From Verrucomicrobiota bacterium (lineage in GTDB: Bacteria; Verrucomicrobiota; Verrucomicrobiia; Limisphaerales; DSYF01), in NCBI GenBank assembly GCA_025457615.1, contig JALOTZ010000019.1:3100-67099 (forward strand): DNA of 64,000 nucleotides, written 5' to 3'. Every line of letters starts with the position of its first letter. The first letter of the stretch is position 1. The position numbers were made by a program, and so were the translations under genes. The notes under the pieces are model-generated. The model saw only the letters and a program-made list of their open reading frames with translations. It ran no database searches and had not been told where the DNA came from. Positions 32,996-41,683 of the stretch are shown piece by piece.

Positions 32996-33138
32996 GGCGC
33001 CAAAGAATCAGATTAAACAATTAAGCGCAATGATTAAATTATTAATCGATTGCGTGGCGAAAGAACCGGCTGCCGGCGGTCTCTCCGGTCATTGCCAGCC
33101 CGGCCCGGTCTGCCGAACAGCCAGGGTCCCCACCAGGT

Positions 33139-33197
33139 CCGAAGCCCAAAAGCCGAAGTCCGAAACAAATCCGAATGCCGAGGTTGAAGTCCGATGG
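33139..33197. repeat. Degenerate CCGAA-heptamer tandem repeat
   Basis: CCGAAGC CCAAAAG CCGAAGT CCGAAAC..CCGAATG CCGAGGT. Confidence 0.55.
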
Positions 33198-33325
33198 ACA
33201 CCCTGGCCGCAAAAGCATTCAAGAGGAGGCGAAAGAGTGCAGCGCACCCACGCAGGTGTGCGGGCCGCCGGCAAACGCGAGAATGCAAAACCCGGTCATT
33301 TCCTCGCGGGTGAGCCGTCGGCACG

Positions 33326-33655
33326 CCCCCCCCCTCGATCAGGGCGTGGATCTGCCCCTGCATCCACACCTCACGCAGGCGGTTGAAGAAGGGCTCGATG
33401 CGCCGCCGGTATTCGGTGTGGTCCGGCGGGTTGGTCTCGATCGGCAACTGACGGACCGCGCGCACGGCTTCCTCCGAGGGAATCGGCACGCGAAAGGGCG
33501 CATCCGAGCTGAAGGTCTTCCAGTCGTGGGCCGCCTCGCGCACGTCCTTGTGGCGGAGGAGCATGGGCACCGGCTGGCCCTGGAACTCACAGTGTGCGGC
33601 CGGACCGGTCTCGCGGGCTTCCTGGAAGGGATCGGGCGTGGGGGGGCGGGGACAT
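33326..33655 (-). pseudogene. Cytochrome P450 N-terminal fragment (CYP236A-like)
   Basis: DPFQEARE..MLLRHKDVREAAHDWKTFSS..IPSE..RQLPIETNPPDHTEYR..EPFF; ATG 33655 is out of frame by 1 nt at a C7 run; similarity ends at a G9 run; no heme Cys. Confidence 0.8.
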
Positions 33656-33691
33656 AATCAATGGATGGTGGGAGGGGAATGTGCATCGGGG

Positions 33692-34291
33692 TCATGCGCG
33701 TATCCACTGCGCGGTGCGCGGGTCGTAGGTTCGGAGGACACGGGCGGGAACGCCGGCGGCGACCGAATGGGGCGGCACATCCTTGGTCACCACCGAATTG
33801 CTGCCGATCACGCTGTGCCGGCCGATGGTGACACCGGGCAGGACGCACACGTTTTCGCCCAGCCAGACTTCGTCCTGAATCTCCACCGGACGATGCACCA
33901 GCGGTTGCGCCAGCATGGGCTTCGTTACATCTTCATAGCCGTGGAGATTGTCGGAGATGTACACCCGATCCGCGATCAGCACGTGCCGTCCGATTTTCAT
34001 GTGCCCCACCACCATGATGTGGCTGTGGTAGCCGATCATGGTGTCCGCGCCGATCTCCAGGCGGGGGGTGAACTGCTGTCCGCTAAACGGATATTCCTTG
34101 AAACAATCAATCCAGGCATCCGCGCCGATAAACACCCGGTCGCCCAGGAAAATGTCGCCGGGATTGGTGCAGCGCATGGTGGCCTGGACGATGCAGTCCC
34201 GGCCCATCGCGCCAAAGCTGCGCCGCACCAGGCGGGTGTGGAGTTTGTGTTTCTTTTCCAGGAACCATTGCTGAAACTTGAAGTAGCTCAT
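33692..34291 (-). CDS. Hexapeptide-repeat O-acyltransferase
   Basis: Left-handed beta-helix repeats, VWLGENVCVLPGVTIG..VVTKDVP..AGVPAR. Confidence 0.9.
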   Translation of the reverse strand: MSYFKFQQWFLEKKHKLHTRLVRRSFGAMGRDCIVQATMRCTNPGDIFLGDRVFIGADAWIDCFKEYPFSGQQFTPRLEIGADTMIGYHSHIMVVGHMKIGRHVLIADRVYISDNLHGYEDVTKPMLAQPLVHRPVEIQDEVWLGENVCVLPGVTIGRHSVIGSNSVVTKDVPPHSVAAGVPARVLRTYDPRTAQWIRA

Positions 34292-34304
34292 CGTGTATCC
34301 TTTC

Positions 34305-35999
34305 TCAGTCGGTGTTTCCCAAGGGTTTCAACAGGCGCCGCCCCAACAGCCAGGCGAGCACCGCGCAGACCAGCAGGGCCTGAAACGCCGCGGCGAAGTG
34401 GCCGGTCTTGAACAGGAGGCCGCTCAGGGGAAAGGCCACCGAGGGCGCGCTGAATTGCACGAGGCGAAAGGCCGAGAAATGGCCCGCGCGCCGCTCCGGC
34501 GGACTCAGGTGATACATCAGCGTTTCCAACCCGACCCCCAGCCCGCTGAAAGCAAGTCCCCAGCAGGCGGCCAGGCCGATCACCCGCCAGGCTTCCCGGG
34601 GCGAATGGCCGTTGCCGTCCTGGTCCAGCATCCGCCCGGCCTCGTCGTAAACATACGGCTGGACCGAGAGACGATAACGCCCATCCCGCTGAGCTTCGGA
34701 AGGCAACGAGACAATCCAGTCGCGGGCATCGCCCTCGGCCGGCGCAACGCGGGTCACCGCCAACCGCCGGCCCGTCGAGTCCTGAACCACGACATCGTTC
34801 ACGTTGAAGGTGGAGGCATCCACCTTCCGGTTGAACCGGATCACCAGGCTCCGCCCTCCTTCAAGGCTCAACACGCAAAAAGAATCCCCGGAGCGGTCTG
34901 CCGTCTCGCCCTCGCCGGACGTCGCCGCAAATTGGCCCGAACTGGCCGTGTAGGCGCCGGTGAAGGTGTCGGCGCGGAATGCGGCGGACACCGGCCAGGC
35001 CGCCAGCACCAGACCCAACGGAAGGGCGGCGAAGCAGGCCAAAATGGCCCGGGGATAACCAAACCGTTGGCCGAGAAATCCAGCCAGCGCCGCTCCACAA
35101 AGCATGGCCAGGCTCTGGACCGTGGCGGCGGCGGAAGCCACCCAGTCCGGACAACCCCATTCCCGAATGCCCAGCAATTGGATGAATTGGCTGGGCAGGA
35201 GGGCGGCCATCCAAAGGACCAGCGCGGCGCCCAGCAGGCTGCGAAAGCGCGGATGGGTCCGCACCGCATGCAACGCCGGCTTCCAAAACGGTTCGACTGG
35301 AGGACTCGGAGCCGGGGTTTCGCGAGCGAACAGGGAGAGGACAGTGCCCGATAGGGCCAGCGCGTAGGCCGCCAGGAAAGCCACCGCATAACGGGCCGGC
35401 ACGCCCACCGCGCTGATCACCCAGGTGATCGCCCCCGCCCCGGCCAACCCCAGCAACCCGGCCATCGACTGCTGCAGGCTGATGAACCGGCCGATGTGCG
35501 ACTTGGGAATGCAATTGGCGATGTATTCGCTTTGCGGTCCCAGCGTCCAACCCGCAGCCAGCGGCCAGAAGATCAAAAGCCCAATCGTCGCAGGCAAAAG
35601 CCAGGCGAATGAATGCGTCCACAGGGCGACGACCACGCAGAGTCCCAGCAGCAAATCGGCCCCCAGATAAGGCATGGCCACCAGGAATTGCAGCCATTTT
35701 TTCCGGGGAAAGCGGCGGGACAGCCACGGCGCCAGGAAGTTCCCGATGAGGCACAGAGCCCAGGCCGAGCCGAGCAGGCCATAGGTCTGGTTGCTCATCC
35801 CCAGCCAGTTGACATACGGCACGCGTGTCACCCCGGGCATCGCCCAACCGAAACTGAAGACGGATGCCCCCGCCAGCAGCAGGATGAAGTTCCGGCGACT
35901 GGCCGCATCCCACGGCATGGCGCCCGGTTCCGCCGGGGGAAGGTTCACGCCCGCGTTCGCGGCGGTGGTCGCACAGGTTTGGGAACGGTTGGAAGTCAT
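34305..35999 (-). CDS. MFS transporter with inserted Ig-like domain
   Basis: About 12 hydrophobic helices, IPKSHIGRF and PPERRAGH loops; ~125 aa hydrophilic beta-rich insert. Confidence 0.8.
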   Translation of the reverse strand: MTSNRSQTCATTAANAGVNLPPAEPGAMPWDAASRRNFILLLAGASVFSFGWAMPGVTRVPYVNWLGMSNQTYGLLGSAWALCLIGNFLAPWLSRRFPRKKWLQFLVAMPYLGADLLLGLCVVVALWTHSFAWLLPATIGLLIFWPLAAGWTLGPQSEYIANCIPKSHIGRFISLQQSMAGLLGLAGAGAITWVISAVGVPARYAVAFLAAYALALSGTVLSLFARETPAPSPPVEPFWKPALHAVRTHPRFRSLLGAALVLWMAALLPSQFIQLLGIREWGCPDWVASAAATVQSLAMLCGAALAGFLGQRFGYPRAILACFAALPLGLVLAAWPVSAAFRADTFTGAYTASSGQFAATSGEGETADRSGDSFCVLSLEGGRSLVIRFNRKVDASTFNVNDVVVQDSTGRRLAVTRVAPAEGDARDWIVSLPSEAQRDGRYRLSVQPYVYDEAGRMLDQDGNGHSPREAWRVIGLAACWGLAFSGLGVGLETLMYHLSPPERRAGHFSAFRLVQFSAPSVAFPLSGLLFKTGHFAAAFQALLVCAVLAWLLGRRLLKPLGNTD

Positions 36000-36012
36000 T
36001 GGGGTGTGCCAG

Positions 36013-36993
36013 CTACCTGGCGCCCAGCAACAGCCGGCGCATCAAGCGTGAAGTGCCCACCGGATCGCCGGCAGCAATCGCCTGGTCCAAGTCCGCCCGG
36101 TGCCGGTCCACGATGGCCTGAAACGCGACGAGCCATTGAATGCTCTCACCAATCGCTCCCGCTGCGTCTTCGCGATAGGGATACTGATCCATGGAGAGCC
36201 AGCCCGCGTAACCGCAGCGGTCGAGCCAATAGAGCAGTTCCAGAAACACCACGCTATGGACCGACCCGACAATCATGTCGTCGTCCCAACAGGCATGATT
36301 GTCGTTGAAATGCATGTGGAACAGACGGTTGCCGGCACGTTTGGCCAGCACCACCGCCTCGGCGGGGTTTTCTCCCGCGACGAAGGCGTGGCCGGTGTCC
36401 ATGGTCACACCGACGTTGGCGCAACCGGTTTCCTGCGCCATGAGGATGGTGTCCGCCATGCGGGCCAGGTAACAGCGGGTGCGCGGTTCCTTGGGTTTGT
36501 ATTCCAGGGCGAAGCGAAGCTGCGGATACGCTTTGGCCAGTTCCGCGACTGCCTCGCATTCCAGGCTGCGCTCCTTGTCGTAATCTGCGGCGAAGAGATA
36601 GTCATAGCCATCCTGCCCGGGCCAAAGGTTGAGCATGCCGCAGCCGATTTCGAGGGCGATATCGCACATGCGCCGGGTCTCGTCCACCGCCAGGCGGCGA
36701 CATTTCGGATCGGGATTGGAGTAAGCCCCCTTGCCGAACTCGGGCCGGGTGAAAACATCCGGGATGATGGACACGCAGGCGATGCCCAGGTCGGCCAGGG
36801 CCTGCTTCATTTGTTTGGCGTTGTCGGGCCGGATGTCCCAGGTGCCCACCAGTTCGATGCCGGTGACGTGCGGGATGGCCGCGGCCGCCTTGAGCATTTC
36901 CAGCGCGGGCGGGTTGTTTTTGTAGCTTCGGCAGAACCGGTCGCAGGTGTTGCCGAGGTTTCCGAGGATGACGGAGTATTTGTGTGTTTTCAT
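36013..36993 (-). CDS. Xylose-isomerase-like TIM-barrel sugar isomerase/epimerase
   Basis: WPGQDG, EYKPKEPR, MDTGH, HMHFNDN, WDDDM metal motifs. Confidence 0.88.
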   Translation of the reverse strand: MKTHKYSVILGNLGNTCDRFCRSYKNNPPALEMLKAAAAIPHVTGIELVGTWDIRPDNAKQMKQALADLGIACVSIIPDVFTRPEFGKGAYSNPDPKCRRLAVDETRRMCDIALEIGCGMLNLWPGQDGYDYLFAADYDKERSLECEAVAELAKAYPQLRFALEYKPKEPRTRCYLARMADTILMAQETGCANVGVTMDTGHAFVAGENPAEAVVLAKRAGNRLFHMHFNDNHACWDDDMIVGSVHSVVFLELLYWLDRCGYAGWLSMDQYPYREDAAGAIGESIQWLVAFQAIVDRHRADLDQAIAAGDPVGTSRLMRRLLLGAR

Positions 36994-37222
36994 GGTAAGA
37001 AAGCTAGTGACAGGCAACGAATTCGATGGAGTTATGGTTCATAGTTCAACAACCGCGACCGCAGTGCTGGGGTGCGTTGATTGCGCGTGCGAATTGGGCG
37101 GGAGTGCCTTCGCCGCGGGCGGCATCATGCGCGAGTGAAGTTCCCACCGCCTTTGGCGATGGGTTGTGAGTCAACTCCAGCGCAAACCAATTTGAAGGCA
37201 GGTGATTCATGCAGGGCCTCTC

Positions 37223-37981
37223 TCACACGGTGTAAATTCCGCCATCCACGCGGATGGTTTCGCCATGCAAATAGCGCGGACCGAACAAGGCGAAGGCCAC
37301 GCACTCGGCGACTTCTTCCGGTTTGCCCCATCGCTGTTCGAGGGGAATCGAGGCGGCGACAGCGCGCACGTGTTCCGGGGTTTTCCCGAGCGTGTCGGTA
37401 ACCTCCGCGAGCAACTCGGTCTCGATGCCGCCGGGGCTGACGTTGTTGATGCGGACGCCGCGCGGGCCGGTTTCCGTGGCGACATGCCGGGTGAAACAGT
37501 CGAGAAATGCCTTCGACGAGGCGTAGAAGGCATAGGTCGGATGCGGGCGATGCGCGGCCACGGATGAGATGTTCACGACCGCGCCGCGGTTGCGCTCCAG
37601 CGCGGACAGGCAGACTTTGGTCATGAGCATGGGCGCGCGCATGTTGACCCGCCAGGTCTGCTCGATTTCCTCGGGTGAAATGTCGGCGAGCGATTTGTGC
37701 AAGGCCACGGCGGCGTTGTTGACCAGACCATCCAGCCCCTCGCACAGCCAGGGATGCTTGGCGAATCCCTTCAGAATGGCCTCGGCGTCCGAGAGGTCCA
37801 TAACCTGGCTCTCGACGCGACCGGGATACTCCCGCTCGAACCCGGACGTGGTGGCGGCCAGGCGTTCCTCGTTGCGGTCGATGAGGAGAACCTGACATCC
37901 GCTTTCCAGCAGGTGCCCGGCGATCGCGCGGCCAATGCCGCGGGCGGCGCCGGTGACGATTATTCGTTGGGGAACGGGCAT
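37223..37981 (-). CDS. SDR-family oxidoreductase
   Basis: TGAARGIG, NNAA, YASSK, RINNVSPG. Confidence 0.92.
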   Translation of the reverse strand: MPVPQRIIVTGAARGIGRAIAGHLLESGCQVLLIDRNEERLAATTSGFEREYPGRVESQVMDLSDAEAILKGFAKHPWLCEGLDGLVNNAAVALHKSLADISPEEIEQTWRVNMRAPMLMTKVCLSALERNRGAVVNISSVAAHRPHPTYAFYASSKAFLDCFTRHVATETGPRGVRINNVSPGGIETELLAEVTDTLGKTPEHVRAVAASIPLEQRWGKPEEVAECVAFALFGPRYLHGETIRVDGGIYTV

Positions 37982-39132
37982 GGCAGGGAAACTGTATCGG
38001 ATTGTTCGGGATGATGGAACTCGATTATGGCGGCAGGGTCGGGATCGTTTCCGAACCCCGGCGCCTGGGGCACGAATTCGCAGCCGCCCTCGATGCGCGG
38101 CGGCTTCCCGGAGAGGCGCCACCACGCGAGGTCCGAGAACTCGATCATCACGGTGCAGCCCAGACCGGCCGCGGCCTGGATGTTCTGCTCCATGATCGAA
38201 TTGCCGTAATAAACCGGGAGGCCGTAATGCGCCCCGAGTTCCGCAATGCGCACCTGATGGGCCGTGTCCTGGCCGCTGCGGAAAAAATCATACAGGCGCG
38301 CCTCCGCCGCCCGTTCGTATTGTGCGATCTCCGTGAAATAATCATGCGCGGCGACGGGCACCGGGGATTGCACGCGCAGCAAGGCATATCCCTCCCAATC
38401 ACCGCGCGGAAGCGGGTCCTCGATGTAACCGAGACGGATGCCGGCTTGTTCATAATCGCGCAGCCGCCTCAGGCATATCTCCGCGTCCCATGCCTCGTTG
38501 GCGTCGGCCGTAAGGGTCACGTGTTCGCCCGCCGCCTCGCGGATGGCGAGGAGGCGGCGGATGTCGCGTCGGACGTCCGGCGCGCCGACCTTGACCTTGA
38601 TCCGTCCGATGCCCATCCCGGCGTATTTTGCCGCCAGCGACTGCGCGTCGGCTTCTGTGGATGGATAATCCAGCGTGCTGCCGTAGCACGGCACTTTCGT
38701 TTGGGGCACGGCTCCGCGCCTGCCGGCCAGCAGGGCCGCGACGGATTTCCCCGCCGCCTTGGCTGCCAGATCCCAGAGCGCCATGCGCAACGCATCCTTG
38801 AGAAAGCCGGCCTGCGATGGGTCAAACGCAAGCGCCTCGCCCAGCGAACGCGCGCCACGCAGGTGTGGCAACAAGCGGGAGGCCCACAACCCGCGGAGCG
38901 AATCCTCCGAGGGCGTGGGCGTGATCCACCAGCCGGTGCGCTTGAAATAGCCGACCGGTGTCGCGCAGGCATAGCCCCATGCGGCGGGCGCGGCATCCGC
39001 GTCCAGCCTCAGCGCGAGGATATCCATCACCTCATAGGCGCAGCCATTGTCACCCACGCTGCGGCCCAGCGGGATGCGGAGCTTGTGGACACATCCGTCG
39101 GTGATCGCGGGAAGTGGGATGGGAGTAATCAT
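37960..39132 (-). CDS. Mandelate racemase/enolase-superfamily protein
   Basis: MALWDL, IKVKVG (KxK), ADANE, IEDP, PGFG. Confidence 0.85.
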   Translation of the reverse strand: MITPIPLPAITDGCVHKLRIPLGRSVGDNGCAYEVMDILALRLDADAAPAAWGYACATPVGYFKRTGWWITPTPSEDSLRGLWASRLLPHLRGARSLGEALAFDPSQAGFLKDALRMALWDLAAKAAGKSVAALLAGRRGAVPQTKVPCYGSTLDYPSTEADAQSLAAKYAGMGIGRIKVKVGAPDVRRDIRRLLAIREAAGEHVTLTADANEAWDAEICLRRLRDYEQAGIRLGYIEDPLPRGDWEGYALLRVQSPVPVAAHDYFTEIAQYERAAEARLYDFFRSGQDTAHQVRIAELGAHYGLPVYYGNSIMEQNIQAAAGLGCTVMIEFSDLAWWRLSGKPPRIEGGCEFVPQAPGFGNDPDPAAIIEFHHPEQSDTVSLPCPFPNE

Positions 39133-39138
39133 TCCGTT

Positions 39139-40152
39139 TCAAGCCGAGAGGCGTTGCATCACGGAGCGCACCATGCTCTCCACATCCGCGGGCGACGGGG
39201 CGGCGGACAAGGGAACGACTCCGGAGGCGGCGCGGCAGGAGCCGGCGGCTTCGGGAAACCCGCATTCGGCGAGCACGCAGGCGATGCGCGAGCGGACCTC
39301 CTCCATGATCGCAAGTTCGCCTTGCGAGAGCGGAAAGCGGGCGCGTCCGGGAGCGAACCCGCGCACCTCGTAGCCCGCGCGGAAGCCCTCGGGAAAATTC
39401 GGCGCGTTGACCATCAGGGAAAACAAGTCGAGCAGCTTGAACTGCGCGCGCTTGGCTTGGACCCAGTCGCCGGCGCGGGCATCCTGATGGATTTTCATGA
39501 TGACTTCCGGCACGACCCCGGCGCTGGACAGCGTGCCACCGTCCCCGCCCATGAAGAGCGAGGCGCAGAGGAGTTCCTCCCAGCCGATGAGCACGGAGAA
39601 CTCCGGGCGCTGCGGTTTGATTTCATGCAGCACCTGCTGGAAGCGCGGCATGTCGCGCGAGGTGTCCTTGGTGCCGATGACGCGCGGGCAGTCGAGCGCC
39701 AGCCGCTTGAGCACGGGCACGCTGATCTCGTTGGCAAAGGCCGGGATGTTGTAGATGACAATGTCGATCGGCGACTTGGCCGCCAGTTCGCGGAAGTAGG
39801 CTTCAATGCTCTCCTGCGTCAGCTTGTAATAATAGGGTCCGGTGATGGAAACCGCGCGGCAGCCGAGGTCGGCGCAATAGCGGCACATTTCCAATACCAG
39901 ATCCACATTCGGCTCGGCGGCGCCGGCGAGGACGGGTTTGCCCGCTGACTCCTCGACGACGATTTTCAGCACGCGTTTGCGCTCTTCGTAGCTGAGGCGG
40001 ATGAACTCGCCCATGCTGCCATTCGGGTAAAACCCGGTGACGCCCTTGCCCGCGAGCCAACGGATGATGCGACGGAGCTCTTCTTCGTGGATGCGTCCCT
40101 GCGCGTCGTAGGGGACGATGTTGGGGACAAAAATGCCGCAGAGATGCGTCAT
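39139..40152 (-). CDS. DHDPS/NAL-family aldolase or dehydratase with C-terminal extension
   Basis: NGSMGEF, PYYY, IYNIP, Schiff-base Lys in GTKDTS. Confidence 0.9.
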   Translation of the reverse strand: MTHLCGIFVPNIVPYDAQGRIHEEELRRIIRWLAGKGVTGFYPNGSMGEFIRLSYEERKRVLKIVVEESAGKPVLAGAAEPNVDLVLEMCRYCADLGCRAVSITGPYYYKLTQESIEAYFRELAAKSPIDIVIYNIPAFANEISVPVLKRLALDCPRVIGTKDTSRDMPRFQQVLHEIKPQRPEFSVLIGWEELLCASLFMGGDGGTLSSAGVVPEVIMKIHQDARAGDWVQAKRAQFKLLDLFSLMVNAPNFPEGFRAGYEVRGFAPGRARFPLSQGELAIMEEVRSRIACVLAECGFPEAAGSCRAASGVVPLSAAPSPADVESMVRSVMQRLSA

Positions 40153-40155
40153 GCT

Positions 40156-40995
40156 TCAGAGGTGGTAAATGCGCTGCGCGTTGCCGGCGAGAAAGGCGTC
40201 CCGCTGCTCCGGCGCTGCGGATGAGAGATTCAAAAGGTCATGGGTCACATCCACCCAGCGCGCAAGCGGCACGGCGAGTGTGCAGACCGGCCAGTCGCCG
40301 CCCCAGACGAGACGCTCCCAGCCGAAGCATTCCACGACAGACCCGAACCACGGACGCACTCCCGCGGCCGTGCGCTGGTCCTCCGCCGCGTAGAGCAGCA
40401 AGCCGGACACTTTGCAGGCCACATTCGGACAAGCCGCCAGCAGGGCGATGTGTTTCCGCCAGAACTCCGGCGCGCGCGCGGCGATGTCAGGCACGCCGCA
40501 ATGGTCGAGGACGAAGGTCACATCCGGGCATTGCCGCACCAGTGCAAGCGCGAACGGCAACTGGCGTTCCAGCACGCACAGATCGAACACAAGCCCGAGC
40601 GGACCGAGTCGCTTCACGTTTTCCACAAACAGGGACGATTGCGACAACCCATCCGGCTCGGTGTGCAGCACGCGGCGGAGGCCCTTGAGCGAGGGATGCG
40701 CCGCGATGCGATCGAGATCGCGGGCAAAGTCCACCCGCTCCGGCCAGACCGAGGCGACGACGCCGGCGATGCCGCTGGCGGGATCAGCCGCCAGATCGAG
40801 AATCCAATTTGCTTCCCGCCGGGTGCTATCCGCGTCCGCCGCGCATTCGACAAAGACGCTGCCGGTGATGCCGCAGTCCTGCGCCGCCGCGCGGTAGTCA
40901 TCGAGCAGGAACGGACGGTTGAGCGCCGGGATGCCTTCCAGCCAGGGATACTTCAGCGCGGGCGGATTCCACAGGTGCTGATGGGTGTCGATCAT
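40156..40995 (-). CDS. Amidohydrolase_2 sugar lactonase (L-fuconolactonase-like)
   Basis: DTHQHLW, LDHCGVP, CKVSG, WGGDWPV. Confidence 0.85.
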   Translation of the reverse strand: MIDTHQHLWNPPALKYPWLEGIPALNRPFLLDDYRAAAQDCGITGSVFVECAADADSTRREANWILDLAADPASGIAGVVASVWPERVDFARDLDRIAAHPSLKGLRRVLHTEPDGLSQSSLFVENVKRLGPLGLVFDLCVLERQLPFALALVRQCPDVTFVLDHCGVPDIAARAPEFWRKHIALLAACPNVACKVSGLLLYAAEDQRTAAGVRPWFGSVVECFGWERLVWGGDWPVCTLAVPLARWVDVTHDLLNLSSAAPEQRDAFLAGNAQRIYHL

Positions 40996-41002
40996 GGCCG
41001 GC

Positions 41003-41683
41003 TCAGAATTTCCCGTATTTCAGATAGGCTTCCTGCGGGTCCACGCCTTGGAGGATCGCGGTGCGGACCTTGTTTTCCGTGCGCATGACCTTTTCGGTTT
41101 GGGTGACCACTTTGTCCACCAGCGCGGCGGGGATGATCACCGCGCCGTCGCGGTCGGCCAGCAGGTAATCGCCGGTCTCGATGCGCACGCCGCCGATTTC
41201 AATCGGCTCGCCGAAGGTCTCCGCGGCCCAGCGGCCGACGACATCCACGGGCGTCTTGTAGCGGCAGAAGACCGGGAAGCCGAGGCGCAGGATGAACTCC
41301 GTGTCGCGGCATCCTCCATCCACCACGTAGCCTTTCACTCCGCGATACGTGAGGGTTTCCGCGGATAGCTCGCCCATGTGCGCGAGCGTGGAATCGTTCG
41401 GCTGACAAACCACGATGGCGCCCTTGGGTGCCTTGGAAAGCAGGGCGGTCCAGCGGAGCAGCGTTTCATGGGCGTCGAGTTCCGGCGCGGGCCTGCCGCT
41501 CACGGTGTAGATCACGCCGGCGAGTTTGCTTTCCGGATTGAGCGCGGTGATTCCGGAAGGCAGCGCCTGACGGCGATGGCCCATGCCGCGCAGCACGTCA
41601 TAGACGGCTCCGGTATAACAGGGGGCGAGACGGTCGGAATAATCCTCCACTGGTTTCCCGGCGGGTGCGGGTTTGCGTTTCAT
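41003..41683 (-). CDS. RraA/HMG-aldolase family protein
   Basis: AHMGELS, VDGGCRD, GDYLLADRDGAV. Confidence 0.88.
   Translation of the reverse strand: MKRKPAPAGKPVEDYSDRLAPCYTGAVYDVLRGMGHRRQALPSGITALNPESKLAGVIYTVSGRPAPELDAHETLLRWTALLSKAPKGAIVVCQPNDSTLAHMGELSAETLTYRGVKGYVVDGGCRDTEFILRLGFPVFCRYKTPVDVVGRWAAETFGEPIEIGGVRIETGDYLLADRDGAVIIPAALVDKVVTQTEKVMRTENKVRTAILQGVDPQEAYLKYGKF

Noticed and set aside
33000-33060. LacI operator (AATCGATT core) in the AT-rich upstream region
   Set aside because: Palindrome too short and imperfect to call
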